The translations under genes and the position numbers were made by a program. From Thermoplasmataceae archaeon (GTDB lineage: Archaea > Thermoplasmatota > Thermoplasmata > Thermoplasmatales > Thermoplasmataceae), in assembly GCA_038729425.1 (NCBI GenBank), contig JAVYSB010000001.1, forward strand, positions 143,927-207,926: 64,000 bases of DNA, given 5' to 3'. Position 1 is the stretch's first letter. Each line of letters opens with the position of its first letter. Below, in pieces: positions 10,323-19,737 of this stretch. The notes under the pieces are model-generated. The model was not told the DNA's origin, ran no database searches, and worked only from the letters and a program-made list of their open reading frames with translations.

Positions 10323-10837
10323 CAATCAACCCGGACGCAAAAATGGAAGAGACCCAGACTGGCACCGAAGTTTATAGCATAGATCCACTGATAGTGAAGT
10401 CTCATTACGAAATTGATTATATCCACAGCTATGCCCAGGATTCAGAGTTCTTCCGGGCACTTGGAAAGAAAAAGATCATGGGAAGCAAGTGCACAAAGTG
10501 CGGATATACTTACGCTACACCAAGAGCACACTGCATGATCTGCGGTGCTCCTACCCAGTGGTATGAACTCCCGAACAAGGGAAAAGTGCATACGTACACA
10601 ACCTGTTATTTCGGCAGCGAGGAATTTCTCAAGGAGACTCCGTTTAACCTCATCATGGTCGAGTTTGAGAATGTAGACTCGTTGTTCATGGCGAGGCTTA
10701 TCGGTGCATCGTTGGATGACATATACGTTGGAATGCCTGTTGTAGCTAAATTCAGGAGAAACCTGAAGTTCAGCCCGACTGATGTGTATTTCGTTCCAGA
10801 GAGAACAACCGAGAAGAAGAAAAGAAAGGAAAAGTGA
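10319..10837 (+). CDS. DUF35 OB-fold / rubredoxin-like zinc-ribbon protein (thiolase partner)
   Basis: CTKCGYTYATPRAHCMICG zinc ribbon followed by an OB-fold-like segment (KGKVHTYTT...). There is a 4-nt ATGA overlap with the thiolase gene. Confidence 0.8.
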   Translation: MTINPDAKMEETQTGTEVYSIDPLIVKSHYEIDYIHSYAQDSEFFRALGKKKIMGSKCTKCGYTYATPRAHCMICGAPTQWYELPNKGKVHTYTTCYFGSEEFLKETPFNLIMVEFENVDSLFMARLIGASLDDIYVGMPVVAKFRRNLKFSPTDVYFVPERTTEKKKRKEK

Positions 10838-10846
10838 AATTACACA

Positions 10847-10859
10847 TTTTTTATTTTTA
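10847..10859 (+). terminator. Oligo-T tract, candidate archaeal terminator
   Basis: ttttttattttta lies 10 nt after the DUF35 stop. Confidence 0.35.
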
Positions 10860-11235
10860 TCCTAATAAAAATTAATATCCATTTTTCTTGGCATAGCAAT
10901 GCATACTGGCTTTGGGAAATTAGATTCACACCTCTTGTGTTCTTTTTTTTGAATAAAGAGGATTGAAAATCGCTTGTCCAACCTGTATTTTTATCGCTCC
11001 GTTGGGTTATCTGGATTTTGGTTCTGTTTAGCAAAAGGCTATGCGTCTCAGGCTGTGCACGATCCCTCTTACTCACTTGACATTTGCAGTATTAGATTCA
11101 TCTTTTCTTGCGAATATCTAACCCTGAGCTGTATTAAACGATTGCAATGCTGGTATTGATTCGTAAACAACTTACCCAAAAACATCAAGTACGAAGGAGA
11201 ACAAATTGTTTTTATTTTTCTTACAATGACTTAGA

Positions 11236-12810
11236 ATGGAAGATTTCTCCAATACGGATAAGGATGTTTTCGTTATCCACACCAAGAGGATGATAGACAG
11301 GGGAGCCCTGTTGTCCAGGTACAGCCGGACAGCTTCCATGGATATCAGGGATCTATATCACAAGGAATTTGAAACAAATGAGAGCCGGGGAGTGGAATTT
11401 TACAGGAAGGTTTTCCTAGAGTACGGAGATGAATCAGTATCTGAACTTGTCACAGCACAGATGGCTGTCCAGAACATATCCAACATAGCATCCAAAAATA
11501 TAGAAGAGATACGCGTTGGGCTTTCATTTTTGGAGAAGTCCTCTAGGTACGTTAGATATGATAAAAAGATCAACGGAAGATATCTTTTTATAGACCCAAG
11601 TAGGATAGGGCTTTCAGGGAGATCAGCTGCCGAATATACAGATGCCTGTGAACAGCTGTTTGATACTTACACATCGATGTACGATCCGATGATGGAAACT
11701 GTCAGGAATATGTTTCCCATAAACAACTTCACATTCACCCCGCGGGATGGAAATAGCGAAATTGAGTTTGACAGGCTTAGCCTTCAGGATGCAGCGATAG
11801 CGAAGAAGTCTTATGAGACGTCTGTCAGATCAAGAGTTCTTGACGATCTGCGTTTCCTACTGCCAGCCGGTACCCTTACCAACCTCGGCATCTCTGGAAA
11901 CGGTAGGTCATTTATAGATCTTGTAGCAAGGCTAAAATATGCTGGTGATCCTGAATCAGTTTCTCTGGCAGACAGTATTTATGGAGAACTAATAAAGGAG
12001 TTCCCCGGCCTGTTAGAGAATGCTATTTCCGAAAGAAAACAGGAGATCCTGCGATATGGGGAAGCTGTCCAGAAACTTACCACGCGGAATATTGAGCGTA
12101 AAGCACCAGATAAGCTTGTTTCCCTATCGTATTTTGACGACAGGAATTCTTCACTTGACAGGGTTATATCCCTGCTGCTGTATCACAATACCAGCTCATT
12201 GCAGGGCATCGGGAAAATCGTTAAGGCAATGAGCACTGAAGAAAAGTACGGTTTGCTTAAAGCCATCGGCGATCTCAGGAAAAACAGAAGAATGAAACCC
12301 CCAAGGGCTTTTGAGTCAGTGAACTATGTCTTTGAAGTCAATACCAATTTTGGGGCTTTCAGAGACCTCCAGCGGCATCGCTTCCTTTCCATAATACGAA
12401 ATCCTCTTTCGGCTAGGTATGGATATGAAATTCCAGACATCATAGGATCTGTAGACAGATACAGGAGAGCATTCACAACAGCCATGGAACGCGCAAGAGC
12501 AGCCTATGACATTATTCTGGATGAATCTGATCCAACCAAGGCACAATACGTTGTTCCTTATGCCTACAGATACCCGGTGGCTGTGACGGCTAACCTCAGG
12601 GAAATCACATATTTCATAGAACTCAGGTCAACTCCACAGGCCCATAATGACCTCAGGAGGATCTCCATTGAAATGTACAACAGGATTCGGAGTGTACATC
12701 CAGAACTTTCTGAAATAATAAGGTTTGCAGATGAAGGACAGTATGATCTGGGAAGGCTGAAATCCGAAACAAGGAAGGAAAGAAAAATAATAGATTACGG
12801 CGAAAGATGA
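11236..12810 (+). CDS. thyX: Long-form flavin-dependent thymidylate synthase (ThyX-like)
   Basis: QRHRFLS (the RHRxxS ThyX motif) lies in the C-terminal half, together with ELRSTPQAH. The N-terminal half (LLSRYSRTAS...) looks like a degenerate second Thy1 repeat. Length is 524 aa. Confidence 0.65.
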   Translation: MEDFSNTDKDVFVIHTKRMIDRGALLSRYSRTASMDIRDLYHKEFETNESRGVEFYRKVFLEYGDESVSELVTAQMAVQNISNIASKNIEEIRVGLSFLEKSSRYVRYDKKINGRYLFIDPSRIGLSGRSAAEYTDACEQLFDTYTSMYDPMMETVRNMFPINNFTFTPRDGNSEIEFDRLSLQDAAIAKKSYETSVRSRVLDDLRFLLPAGTLTNLGISGNGRSFIDLVARLKYAGDPESVSLADSIYGELIKEFPGLLENAISERKQEILRYGEAVQKLTTRNIERKAPDKLVSLSYFDDRNSSLDRVISLLLYHNTSSLQGIGKIVKAMSTEEKYGLLKAIGDLRKNRRMKPPRAFESVNYVFEVNTNFGAFRDLQRHRFLSIIRNPLSARYGYEIPDIIGSVDRYRRAFTTAMERARAAYDIILDESDPTKAQYVVPYAYRYPVAVTANLREITYFIELRSTPQAHNDLRRISIEMYNRIRSVHPELSEIIRFADEGQYDLGRLKSETRKERKIIDYGER

Positions 12811-12848
12811 TCGAGCCTGATCCTGCCGGTTTATGGGAATCTTATGAG

Positions 12849-13811
12849 CTAAGCTTTCGACCTGTAAAGTGACTCCGTGAAGTAGCTTATGACAATATCC
12901 GCACCAGCACGGAAAATTGAGGTAAGGGACTCACCTATTACCGATTCAGAGACCAGACCAGATGATATCGCGTTTTTGATCATGGAATATTCTCCGCTCA
13001 CGTTGTAGGCCGCTATTGGCATTTCAAACCTCGATCTTGCGCGTTCGATCAGGTCAAGATAGAACAGTGCCGGCTTTATCATCACGATATCAGCCCCCTC
13101 GTATATGTCCAGCTCGATTTCTCTCATTGCCTGGTCAGAATTCCTGAAGTCCATCTGGTAGGACTTGCGGTCTCCGAAACCGGGGGTCGACTGTGCGGCA
13201 TCCCTAAACGGACCATACATGCTGGAGGCGAATTTCGAACTGTATGCCATTATAATTGTGTCTTTGAATCCATTCAGGTCAAGTTCATCTCTTATCTCAC
13301 CAACCTGTCCATCCATCATGCCGCTCGGGGCTATTACATCCACGCCCGCCTGCGCATAGCTTTTGGCAATTTTCCTGTAGGACTCAAGCGTGTTGTCATT
13401 GTCCACTTCAGTTCCCGACAGTATTCCACAATGCCCGTGATCCGTATATTCACACATGCAGAGATCCGCCATAGCCACAAGGTCAGTATTTTCCTTTGCA
13501 TATGCGATGGAGCGTTGTACGATTCCATCGCTGTCATACGCGGCCGATCCAATACTGTCTTTCAGTTTGGGAATTCCGAAGAAAAGCACGGATTTTACGC
13601 CGATGGCGTCAAGATCGGTAATATATTGCTTATATGAATCGTATGAGTACCTGAAAATACCAGGCATTGAAGATATCGGCTCCTTGCCATTGATTGTCTC
13701 GTCGATGAAAACTGGCATAACCATGCGGTTCCTATCAACGCTTACCTCACTGAAGAGGTCACGTATCTGTTCATTTCTTCTCGTGCGCCGCATTCTAGTT
13801 ACAGGAAACAT
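12849..13811 (-). CDS. hemB: Porphobilinogen synthase (delta-aminolevulinate dehydratase)
   Basis: N-terminal RMRRTRRNEQIRDL, plus PSGMMDGQV and the IVMIKPALFYLD active-site lysine region. Length is 320 aa. Confidence 0.9.
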   Translation of the reverse strand: MFPVTRMRRTRRNEQIRDLFSEVSVDRNRMVMPVFIDETINGKEPISSMPGIFRYSYDSYKQYITDLDAIGVKSVLFFGIPKLKDSIGSAAYDSDGIVQRSIAYAKENTDLVAMADLCMCEYTDHGHCGILSGTEVDNDNTLESYRKIAKSYAQAGVDVIAPSGMMDGQVGEIRDELDLNGFKDTIIMAYSSKFASSMYGPFRDAAQSTPGFGDRKSYQMDFRNSDQAMREIELDIYEGADIVMIKPALFYLDLIERARSRFEMPIAAYNVSGEYSMIKNAISSGLVSESVIGESLTSIFRAGADIVISYFTESLYRSKA

Positions 13812-13864
13812 AGACCATAAGTTTTCATATAGAGTTAAACTTTCCTGAACTGACGCTGGTAAGT

Positions 13865-14263
13865 ATGTTTAGGCTTGAAGCGCGTGGTGACCTTATTGTC
13901 AACCTTGAGAGTTCTGGAACCCTGATAACAATAGATCGCGATCGTTACAGTATTTTTGAAAAATCACGTGTGGAATCTATTGCGATCTTGTCTGAGATCG
14001 GTGGAAGGCTTCTGGGTCACGAAGTCAAAATTGAATGTCCGGAGGTGCACTTTGAGTCTGACGGTAACCGTCTCAAGGTCTTATCCAAACTCTCAAGCAA
14101 TGATGCTGCAGGCGGAAAAGTCGCAGCTATAGTGCTGGTCTCGGCGGCAATGCTATCCCTCCTGAACAGCATAAAGGGCGAGGATTTCATGATAAATGAT
14201 GAGAACAATTTTACCAAGATAAAGAACCTGGAGATAACAAGAATCGAGAAAATCCTTGATTAA
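13865..14263 (+). CDS. Hypothetical protein (132 aa)
   Basis: Clean ORF with no recognisable domain. Its stop codon overlaps the stop of the convergent ORF 14260-15714 (shared TTAA). Confidence 0.4.
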   Translation: MFRLEARGDLIVNLESSGTLITIDRDRYSIFEKSRVESIAILSEIGGRLLGHEVKIECPEVHFESDGNRLKVLSKLSSNDAAGGKVAAIVLVSAAMLSLLNSIKGEDFMINDENNFTKIKNLEITRIEKILD

Positions 14264-15714
14264 ACGATCTCTGTCAAGACAATTTCCGGCCAGCTATCCT
14301 TGTTGTATGATACAGAAGCGGCAAAATAGTGACTAGAATTTGAGTTGGCAACCACGTACCCTCTGATTTCCCGGAGGTGTATGGTCATATTGGCATAATG
14401 GCTTAGCTTCTGGTAATCATCCTCGTCCGCAATGATCATTATTATCCCGGTGGTTCTAATTGGATTGAGGAGATTTGACAATCCTCCAAGGAACTGGTCA
14501 CCGTAGATGAACCTCAGATAATCTGTTGAAAAAATGTAAGCAGCCGGCTTTGCAGATGAAGAAAGATAGAACTCCAGGACCTCACTCGGAAAATCGTCTT
14601 CAACGCTTTTTCCCTCAATATTGATAACATAAGGGTTTGATTTTTTGGATTTCTCCGCAGTTATATAGTGGCTTATCCACTCTTTGTCCGCGGCTGAAAC
14701 CATCACTCTAGAGGTCTCGTAGTTGCTCGACGAGGCGTCGATTACCCCCCTTCCGTTAGCTATTGTATGCAGGACAAGGTTGTTCTTGATGAGCTTGACA
14801 ATTTCATCAACATTATTTGTATTGTTGACGCGATGGATCATTATAACAGACCCGAGCGGAATACTTGCTTCCTCAGAGTCGTTGAGAACACCAAGAGAAG
14901 GGTTTCCTATGGAGACAGAAAACTGTTTTGACTCGTCCTTCAGAGTGTGCTCGACCTTGGTTTCCGGATACAGAACGGGTATTCTCTGGAAAGGCATGAA
15001 CACGCCGTTCAACAGGGTATAAAGGAAGAAAGGACTCGATCCTACCGATACTCCCCTCAGTTTATCGAGGACGACAGATCTGACTAGGAAGTGATCGTTC
15101 AGCATGTAATCTAGTGTTATTACACCATCAGAAAAATACTCCAGTTTGGTGCTCTCTTTCTCTTCCATGATGCAGATTAGTCCAGCTCCAGAAGATTCCA
15201 CCAGGTCCTTCTGCAGTATTGAGAATATCAGTTCTCTGTTGAGCCTGTATGTCTCCGAAAGGGCGTCTATGGAGTCGATAACTATAATTGGGTTCATCCC
15301 CATGTTTTCATCGACGAAGTCATACATTGCCTCAATATCAGGCATAAGTTCACTGACGTTGAAAACGAGTCCACTGTCAAAGGTATAAGATTCCTTCGCG
15401 GTTATCTTTTCCTCTATACTCTTCTCCATCTTCTCAAGTGAGCTTCTCACAACATTGTTGAGGTTAACCTGGTTTTGATTGGCATAAATCTTTCCCGATT
15501 TTATTTCCTTGATCCACGGGTACTTATCCCTCAGCGGCTCGTCGTAAGATCTTGCAGGAAGGTAGAAAACGGGTGTATCATCCTTTATCTGACCGATGAA
15601 CTCGAGAGCGAAAGTAGTCTTACCGGCACCGGGTTTGCCCTTAATGATAAGAGACTTGCCAGTTCCCTGATAAAAGAATTGCTTTAACAGACTCATTAAA
15701 TCCTCATTGGGCAT
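14260..15714 (-). CDS. KaiC/RecA-superfamily (GvpD-like) ATPase with a second, P-loop-less KaiC-like lobe
   Basis: Walker A is IIKGKPGAGKTTFALEF and Walker B is PIIVIDSIDAL. The C-terminal ~230 aa repeats the fold pattern (IPLGSVIMI...IIMIIADED) without a P-loop. A GGAGG lies 7 nt upstream of the ATG, just after the stop of the preceding gene. Confidence 0.65.
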   Translation of the reverse strand: MPNEDLMSLLKQFFYQGTGKSLIIKGKPGAGKTTFALEFIGQIKDDTPVFYLPARSYDEPLRDKYPWIKEIKSGKIYANQNQVNLNNVVRSSLEKMEKSIEEKITAKESYTFDSGLVFNVSELMPDIEAMYDFVDENMGMNPIIVIDSIDALSETYRLNRELIFSILQKDLVESSGAGLICIMEEKESTKLEYFSDGVITLDYMLNDHFLVRSVVLDKLRGVSVGSSPFFLYTLLNGVFMPFQRIPVLYPETKVEHTLKDESKQFSVSIGNPSLGVLNDSEEASIPLGSVIMIHRVNNTNNVDEIVKLIKNNLVLHTIANGRGVIDASSSNYETSRVMVSAADKEWISHYITAEKSKKSNPYVINIEGKSVEDDFPSEVLEFYLSSSAKPAAYIFSTDYLRFIYGDQFLGGLSNLLNPIRTTGIIMIIADEDDYQKLSHYANMTIHLREIRGYVVANSNSSHYFAASVSYNKDSWPEIVLTEIV

Positions 15715-15726
15715 ATTTTCCTCCGA

Positions 15727-16590
15727 TCAATCCTCGTCTATTATACCACTTGCTGGCTCCCACTGCTCCCCATATCTTGTAATTTGACCATACTGGATTG
15801 GATCCATTGACGAATGCCCTATCACTGCGATAAGATATATATTTTTCTCTACGCAAACGCTTCTAATTTGCTCAAGACCTCTTGCTATCTCGAAGAAAGG
15901 GTGATACAGCATGAGAAAGTCAAAAACGTCGATATAGACGATCTGTGGATTCAGTTCATTTATTTTCTTAATTATTGCATCAATAATAAATGTTAGATTT
16001 ACAGGACGGCTCTTCTGGGGGCCTGCAGAGTCTGTGACCCATATGAAATTTTCCTGCTTTACAACATCAGGCGCATCTATCATAAGATTGTATCTTGAGG
16101 TAAGCAATACTTTCTTCCAGGGTATTCGCTTCGAAACTATGAGATTCAAAAAATGTTGTGCATTCTTTGGGTTAGTATAATAGCTTTGGCCCGGATAAAG
16201 GCCGTTTCGTGCCATATATATGGTGAAATCATCAATGACGCTCAGGTGTCTCAACAGTCTGTTTGTAAGAGCATCTCTTAGCCTGGAACGAGTAAGAAGC
16301 AAGTCCTTCTCCTCGTATTTGACGAGGGCACAGGTAAGAGCCACACTATCCTCTACTACGATGTCCTTTGTGTGAATCAGGATGATAATCGAAGTCCTTT
16401 TCGGCGTCAACACATATTCTTTAATTGTATCGCTTACCTCTCCATCCACGAAGAATACCACCGCAGACGGAGTTTCTGTGGGAGCAGAAAGGGGGAGCTT
16501 TGTTGTTACCGTATATGGCATTCCCAAGGGACCGAAAAGGTCATCAACGACAGAATTATGTTTCTTATCTCTGTCGTAAACCAGTATCAT
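15727..16590 (-). CDS. Receiver-like N-terminal domain fused to a DUF835-like (P-loop-less KaiC-like) C-terminal domain
   Basis: The C-terminus FIWVTDSAGPQKSRPVNLTFIIDAIIKKINELNPQIVYIDVFDFLMLYHPFFEIARGLEQIRSVCVEKNIYLIAVI matches my memory of the DUF835 pattern. The N-terminus MILVYDRD...AVVFFVDGE...IIILIHT...LVKYEEKD has the alternating beta/alpha layout of a CheY-like receiver. Confidence 0.5.
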   Translation of the reverse strand: MILVYDRDKKHNSVVDDLFGPLGMPYTVTTKLPLSAPTETPSAVVFFVDGEVSDTIKEYVLTPKRTSIIILIHTKDIVVEDSVALTCALVKYEEKDLLLTRSRLRDALTNRLLRHLSVIDDFTIYMARNGLYPGQSYYTNPKNAQHFLNLIVSKRIPWKKVLLTSRYNLMIDAPDVVKQENFIWVTDSAGPQKSRPVNLTFIIDAIIKKINELNPQIVYIDVFDFLMLYHPFFEIARGLEQIRSVCVEKNIYLIAVIGHSSMDPIQYGQITRYGEQWEPASGIIDED

Positions 16591-16826
16591 GCTGTGTCAG
16601 TACATTGAAAACCATATTTAAATCTTTGTCATTACATAACAATATATCTGAGTATGCGCAATCAATCTAATATAACATAGTTATGGAAAAATTAAATGGC
16701 ATTAAGAAGGACCTCTGAACATAATACCAAACCCTTTCTTTCAGTTTCTAGAAGAGCCCTTAAGCGAGAACCAAAGCCCTCCGCTTCAAAATTACTGAAA
16801 GTACGACAGCTCTGTTATCCACTGAG

Positions 16827-16838
16827 ATATATTTTAAA
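16827..16838 (+). promoter_or_regulatory. TATA-like box upstream of the pgi/pmi gene
   Basis: atatattttaaa lies 22-33 nt upstream of ATG 16860. Confidence 0.4.
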
Positions 16839-16859
16839 TCAGTAGTACATTACATAAAC

Positions 16860-17783
16860 ATGGAATTCTACGAGCAAATATTGAGTCTCAAGGAACAATT
16901 CAAGACATCGGACAAGTTCCAATTACCAGGGAATTTTAAAAATATGGTTATTTCCGGAATGGGAGGATCCGGAATTGCTGGGAAAATATTCCAGGATTTA
17001 TACAATGAAAAACTTCTGTTTGTGAACGAATCCTACGATATCCCCAGGTGGGTGGACCAATATACTCTATTTATAGGAATCAGTTACTCGGGGAACACCG
17101 AGGAAACGCTGGCCGCATTGGAAGCTGCTATCAAAGCTGGAGCGCAGACAGTCAGCATTTCTTCCGGTGGGAAAATATCACGCATGGCTTCTACTAACGT
17201 CGTAGTTCCAGGGGGGCTACAACCTAGGTCTGCGCTAGGTTACCTAGTGAGTCCCCTTCTCAACACATTCAACATAATAAATAGCGCTGGAAAAGAGAGA
17301 GTTTACGAACTGCTTGACGAACTGGATAAGGAACATAAATTCCTTGACCTTGTTGCAAGTGAGATAGTAGAAGATGAAAAGATACCTGTTCTCCTGACCC
17401 TCCCTGGGTTCAGGTCAGCAGGGTTCAGGTGGAAAACACAGTTCAACGAGAACGCGAAGATCCTTTCATTCTCCCTGAATTTCCCAGAACTCGATCACAA
17501 TGATATCATGGCTTTCGAGAGGTCGTATCTCAGGGAGAGATTTTATCCAATTGTTATAGGGGATACCACAAACAGCCAGATGGAAAAGAGGATAAGTGCG
17601 ACTTCAAACCTAACAGGATACAAATTCAAACTGCTGCCAGTGAAGGGAAAAAATCCTGTAGAGAAGATTATGTACGCGATCCACTGTGCTGACTATGTCT
17701 CCTATCACGCTTCTATCTTGAGGGGATTGGATCCGGAAGACGTGAGTGTTATCGAGAAGCTAAAATCTGAGCTCGTGAAGTGA
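16860..17783 (+). CDS. Bifunctional phosphoglucose/phosphomannose isomerase (archaeal SIS-domain PGI/PMI)
   Basis: ISGMGGSGIAG and GISYSGNTEETL motifs. The 307-aa length is typical of the archaeal PGI/PMI family. Confidence 0.8.
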   Translation: MEFYEQILSLKEQFKTSDKFQLPGNFKNMVISGMGGSGIAGKIFQDLYNEKLLFVNESYDIPRWVDQYTLFIGISYSGNTEETLAALEAAIKAGAQTVSISSGGKISRMASTNVVVPGGLQPRSALGYLVSPLLNTFNIINSAGKERVYELLDELDKEHKFLDLVASEIVEDEKIPVLLTLPGFRSAGFRWKTQFNENAKILSFSLNFPELDHNDIMAFERSYLRERFYPIVIGDTTNSQMEKRISATSNLTGYKFKLLPVKGKNPVEKIMYAIHCADYVSYHASILRGLDPEDVSVIEKLKSELVK

Positions 17784-17803
17784 TTCCCCCAGCGACATGT
17801 AGA

Positions 17804-19639
17804 TCAGCCAACGATCTGTGAATTACCTGGAGGAAGTATTCCCTCAACCTCATCAGTGGAGAATTCAAGCTCTCTCGCTATTATCTTAGCTACCTGGCCC
17901 CTTTTCTGGCCCCCAGGTATGATGTTTACCTTCTTTCCCTCAATCTGTGCCGTCGATGTAGTCGGGCCTATGAAGGGAATGGCAATGCCATTTTCCATTA
18001 CCCTGCAAATCGTCAGCCCCACCGGCAGGTCAAAAACGTAATTCCTCTTTCCACGGATTATCCAGGAACCTTTGGAAACATACTCTCCTGACTCTGGAGT
18101 TTTGCTGACTTGAGATGGAAGAACCCAGTAAGCTGATCCGGATGTGATTCCTGCAGCCCATGCCCGCGAAAACGAGAATGCAAATATTGCCGCTTCACGG
18201 ATGGTCTGTTCACTGGGCTTTGAGTCACCTTCTACTTTTATTATGGTGCTCGGTGCTCCATGTATATCAGCATGAACATAGATATCCCTGTCCGATAGAT
18301 GCTTCTTCACGATCTTCTCGTTGCTTTTTGCGTCGCGCCCAGCTATAACAAGAAAACCTTCTGAAGACCTGAACCAGTGGTACACCTCGAACCAGAATTT
18401 GGGCCGCTTCCTTACGGCAGTCGATTTTGTGGATGCAAGGTTCATCTGCTTCTTAGTCTCTTCTATAGCCTGTTCTGCTCCAACGATCTTGGATCTGAAA
18501 GATTTGGACTCTCCAAACACCAGGTTTGCATTTTCCCCGGCGGAGACTGTGTAATCAAGTATGATTTCTGTGTCATCAATACTTATTCTGAATTTCTTTT
18601 TCACTGGGTCTATACTGGACACAGGATGGCCTTGTATTTCCTTTATTGCCTTGATCCCTTTTTCATTAAGTATGTTCTGAAATTCTTTCAGGATGGATTT
18701 AACCAGCCCGAGGTTAGACATTATGACTTTTCCAATGTTCTGATACATGTTCATCTGTGTGGTGAATTCCTCAATGCTCTTTCTCTGGGATTCGATCCTG
18801 CGTTCAAGAGGAGATTCCTTCCTGGATTCTTCCGGATAGTTGTCCAGATAATACCTGTATCCTTCGGACAGATCGTTAAATGTTCTCACTGGGTCTTTGC
18901 CCAGATGGTATAATTTGATTGGAGATATTATCTGTTCAGTATCGTAGTAAAATGCCCCACTTTTCTCGCTCTCCTGAACCACCTCGTCTATTTTGGCAAG
19001 TATAGCCATGCCTTTGTCCTGAAGGGATTTCGATGGCAAGTCCTTGTCTATTCCAAGCCGGAACGCAACTTCTTCAGCAATATCACCTCCAAGATTCATT
19101 CGAGTGGCCAGTGTCTGGACTATGGATCCTTTGCTCTCTGACAGCACCATAGACATTTCTTCAGGAGAGTATGATAATGGATCTGTAAGTCCAGGGGGGA
19201 TGTATTTCTCCCCCTTCACAAGCTTTCTGTTCCTCCATTCCCTGGGATTGAAAACAAAATTCATCAACCCTGATTCACTGATAATGAGATTGCCCTCGCG
19301 AAAGAGTTCAAAAATGATTTCCTGCCCTGTATTCAGTTCTATTTTCACGACGCGGTCGAAGTTGATCTGTTCAATATTAACGATTTTTCTCTCTGAAAGG
19401 CTCTTTCTGAGAATCATGGCGACAGAGGATGCCTCATCGGGTGTTCTTAGATCATAAAAGAAGATGCCTTTAGTGAGTGAAACCATCAAATTTCTGCGCT
19501 TTACGTCTGACCTGTATATCTGGAAAATGAATTCATTTGAGGATATCTGGAAAATCTTTTTTATAAAAGATCCACTTATTTCCTGGCCATAGGTGGCAAT
19601 AAATGCGTGAAAATCAAGCGAAGATTGCTTCAGCTTCAT
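17804..19639 (-). CDS. NFACT-family protein (FbpA/Rqc2/RqcH homolog with a DUF814 region)
   Basis: 611 aa. The N-terminal NFACT-N pattern is FIKKIFQISSNEFIFQIYR. The C-terminal region FWFEVYHWFRSSEGFLVIAGRDAKSNEKIVKKHL..DIYVHADIHGAPS is typical of NFACT-R/DUF814. Confidence 0.8.
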   Translation of the reverse strand: MKLKQSSLDFHAFIATYGQEISGSFIKKIFQISSNEFIFQIYRSDVKRRNLMVSLTKGIFFYDLRTPDEASSVAMILRKSLSERKIVNIEQINFDRVVKIELNTGQEIIFELFREGNLIISESGLMNFVFNPREWRNRKLVKGEKYIPPGLTDPLSYSPEEMSMVLSESKGSIVQTLATRMNLGGDIAEEVAFRLGIDKDLPSKSLQDKGMAILAKIDEVVQESEKSGAFYYDTEQIISPIKLYHLGKDPVRTFNDLSEGYRYYLDNYPEESRKESPLERRIESQRKSIEEFTTQMNMYQNIGKVIMSNLGLVKSILKEFQNILNEKGIKAIKEIQGHPVSSIDPVKKKFRISIDDTEIILDYTVSAGENANLVFGESKSFRSKIVGAEQAIEETKKQMNLASTKSTAVRKRPKFWFEVYHWFRSSEGFLVIAGRDAKSNEKIVKKHLSDRDIYVHADIHGAPSTIIKVEGDSKPSEQTIREAAIFAFSFSRAWAAGITSGSAYWVLPSQVSKTPESGEYVSKGSWIIRGKRNYVFDLPVGLTICRVMENGIAIPFIGPTTSTAQIEGKKVNIIPGGQKRGQVAKIIARELEFSTDEVEGILPPGNSQIVG

Positions 19640-19737
19640 TGTTACGCCCTTATCAGCGGAGCGCTTAATTAACTTTTTAACCTCCTGGCGGGAAAGGATG
19701 TGCCATTTTTAATTCTTATAACGCATGACCATGGGCA

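Noticed and set aside
10919-11100. 10-nt direct repeat attagattca at 10919-10928 and 11091-11100.
   Set aside because: It is a single pair of short AT-rich repeats in an AT-rich spacer, which is within chance expectation.
18377-18913. 178-aa plus-strand ORF inside the NFACT gene. Similar long antisense ORFs occur at 5666-6088, 27621-28070, 32307-32765, 35673-36038, 38742-39191 and 46883-47305.
   Set aside because: All of them lie entirely within well-supported genes on the opposite strand. Their composition is low-complexity or odd (Cys/His/Arg-rich) and they have no motifs. These are typical shadow ORFs.
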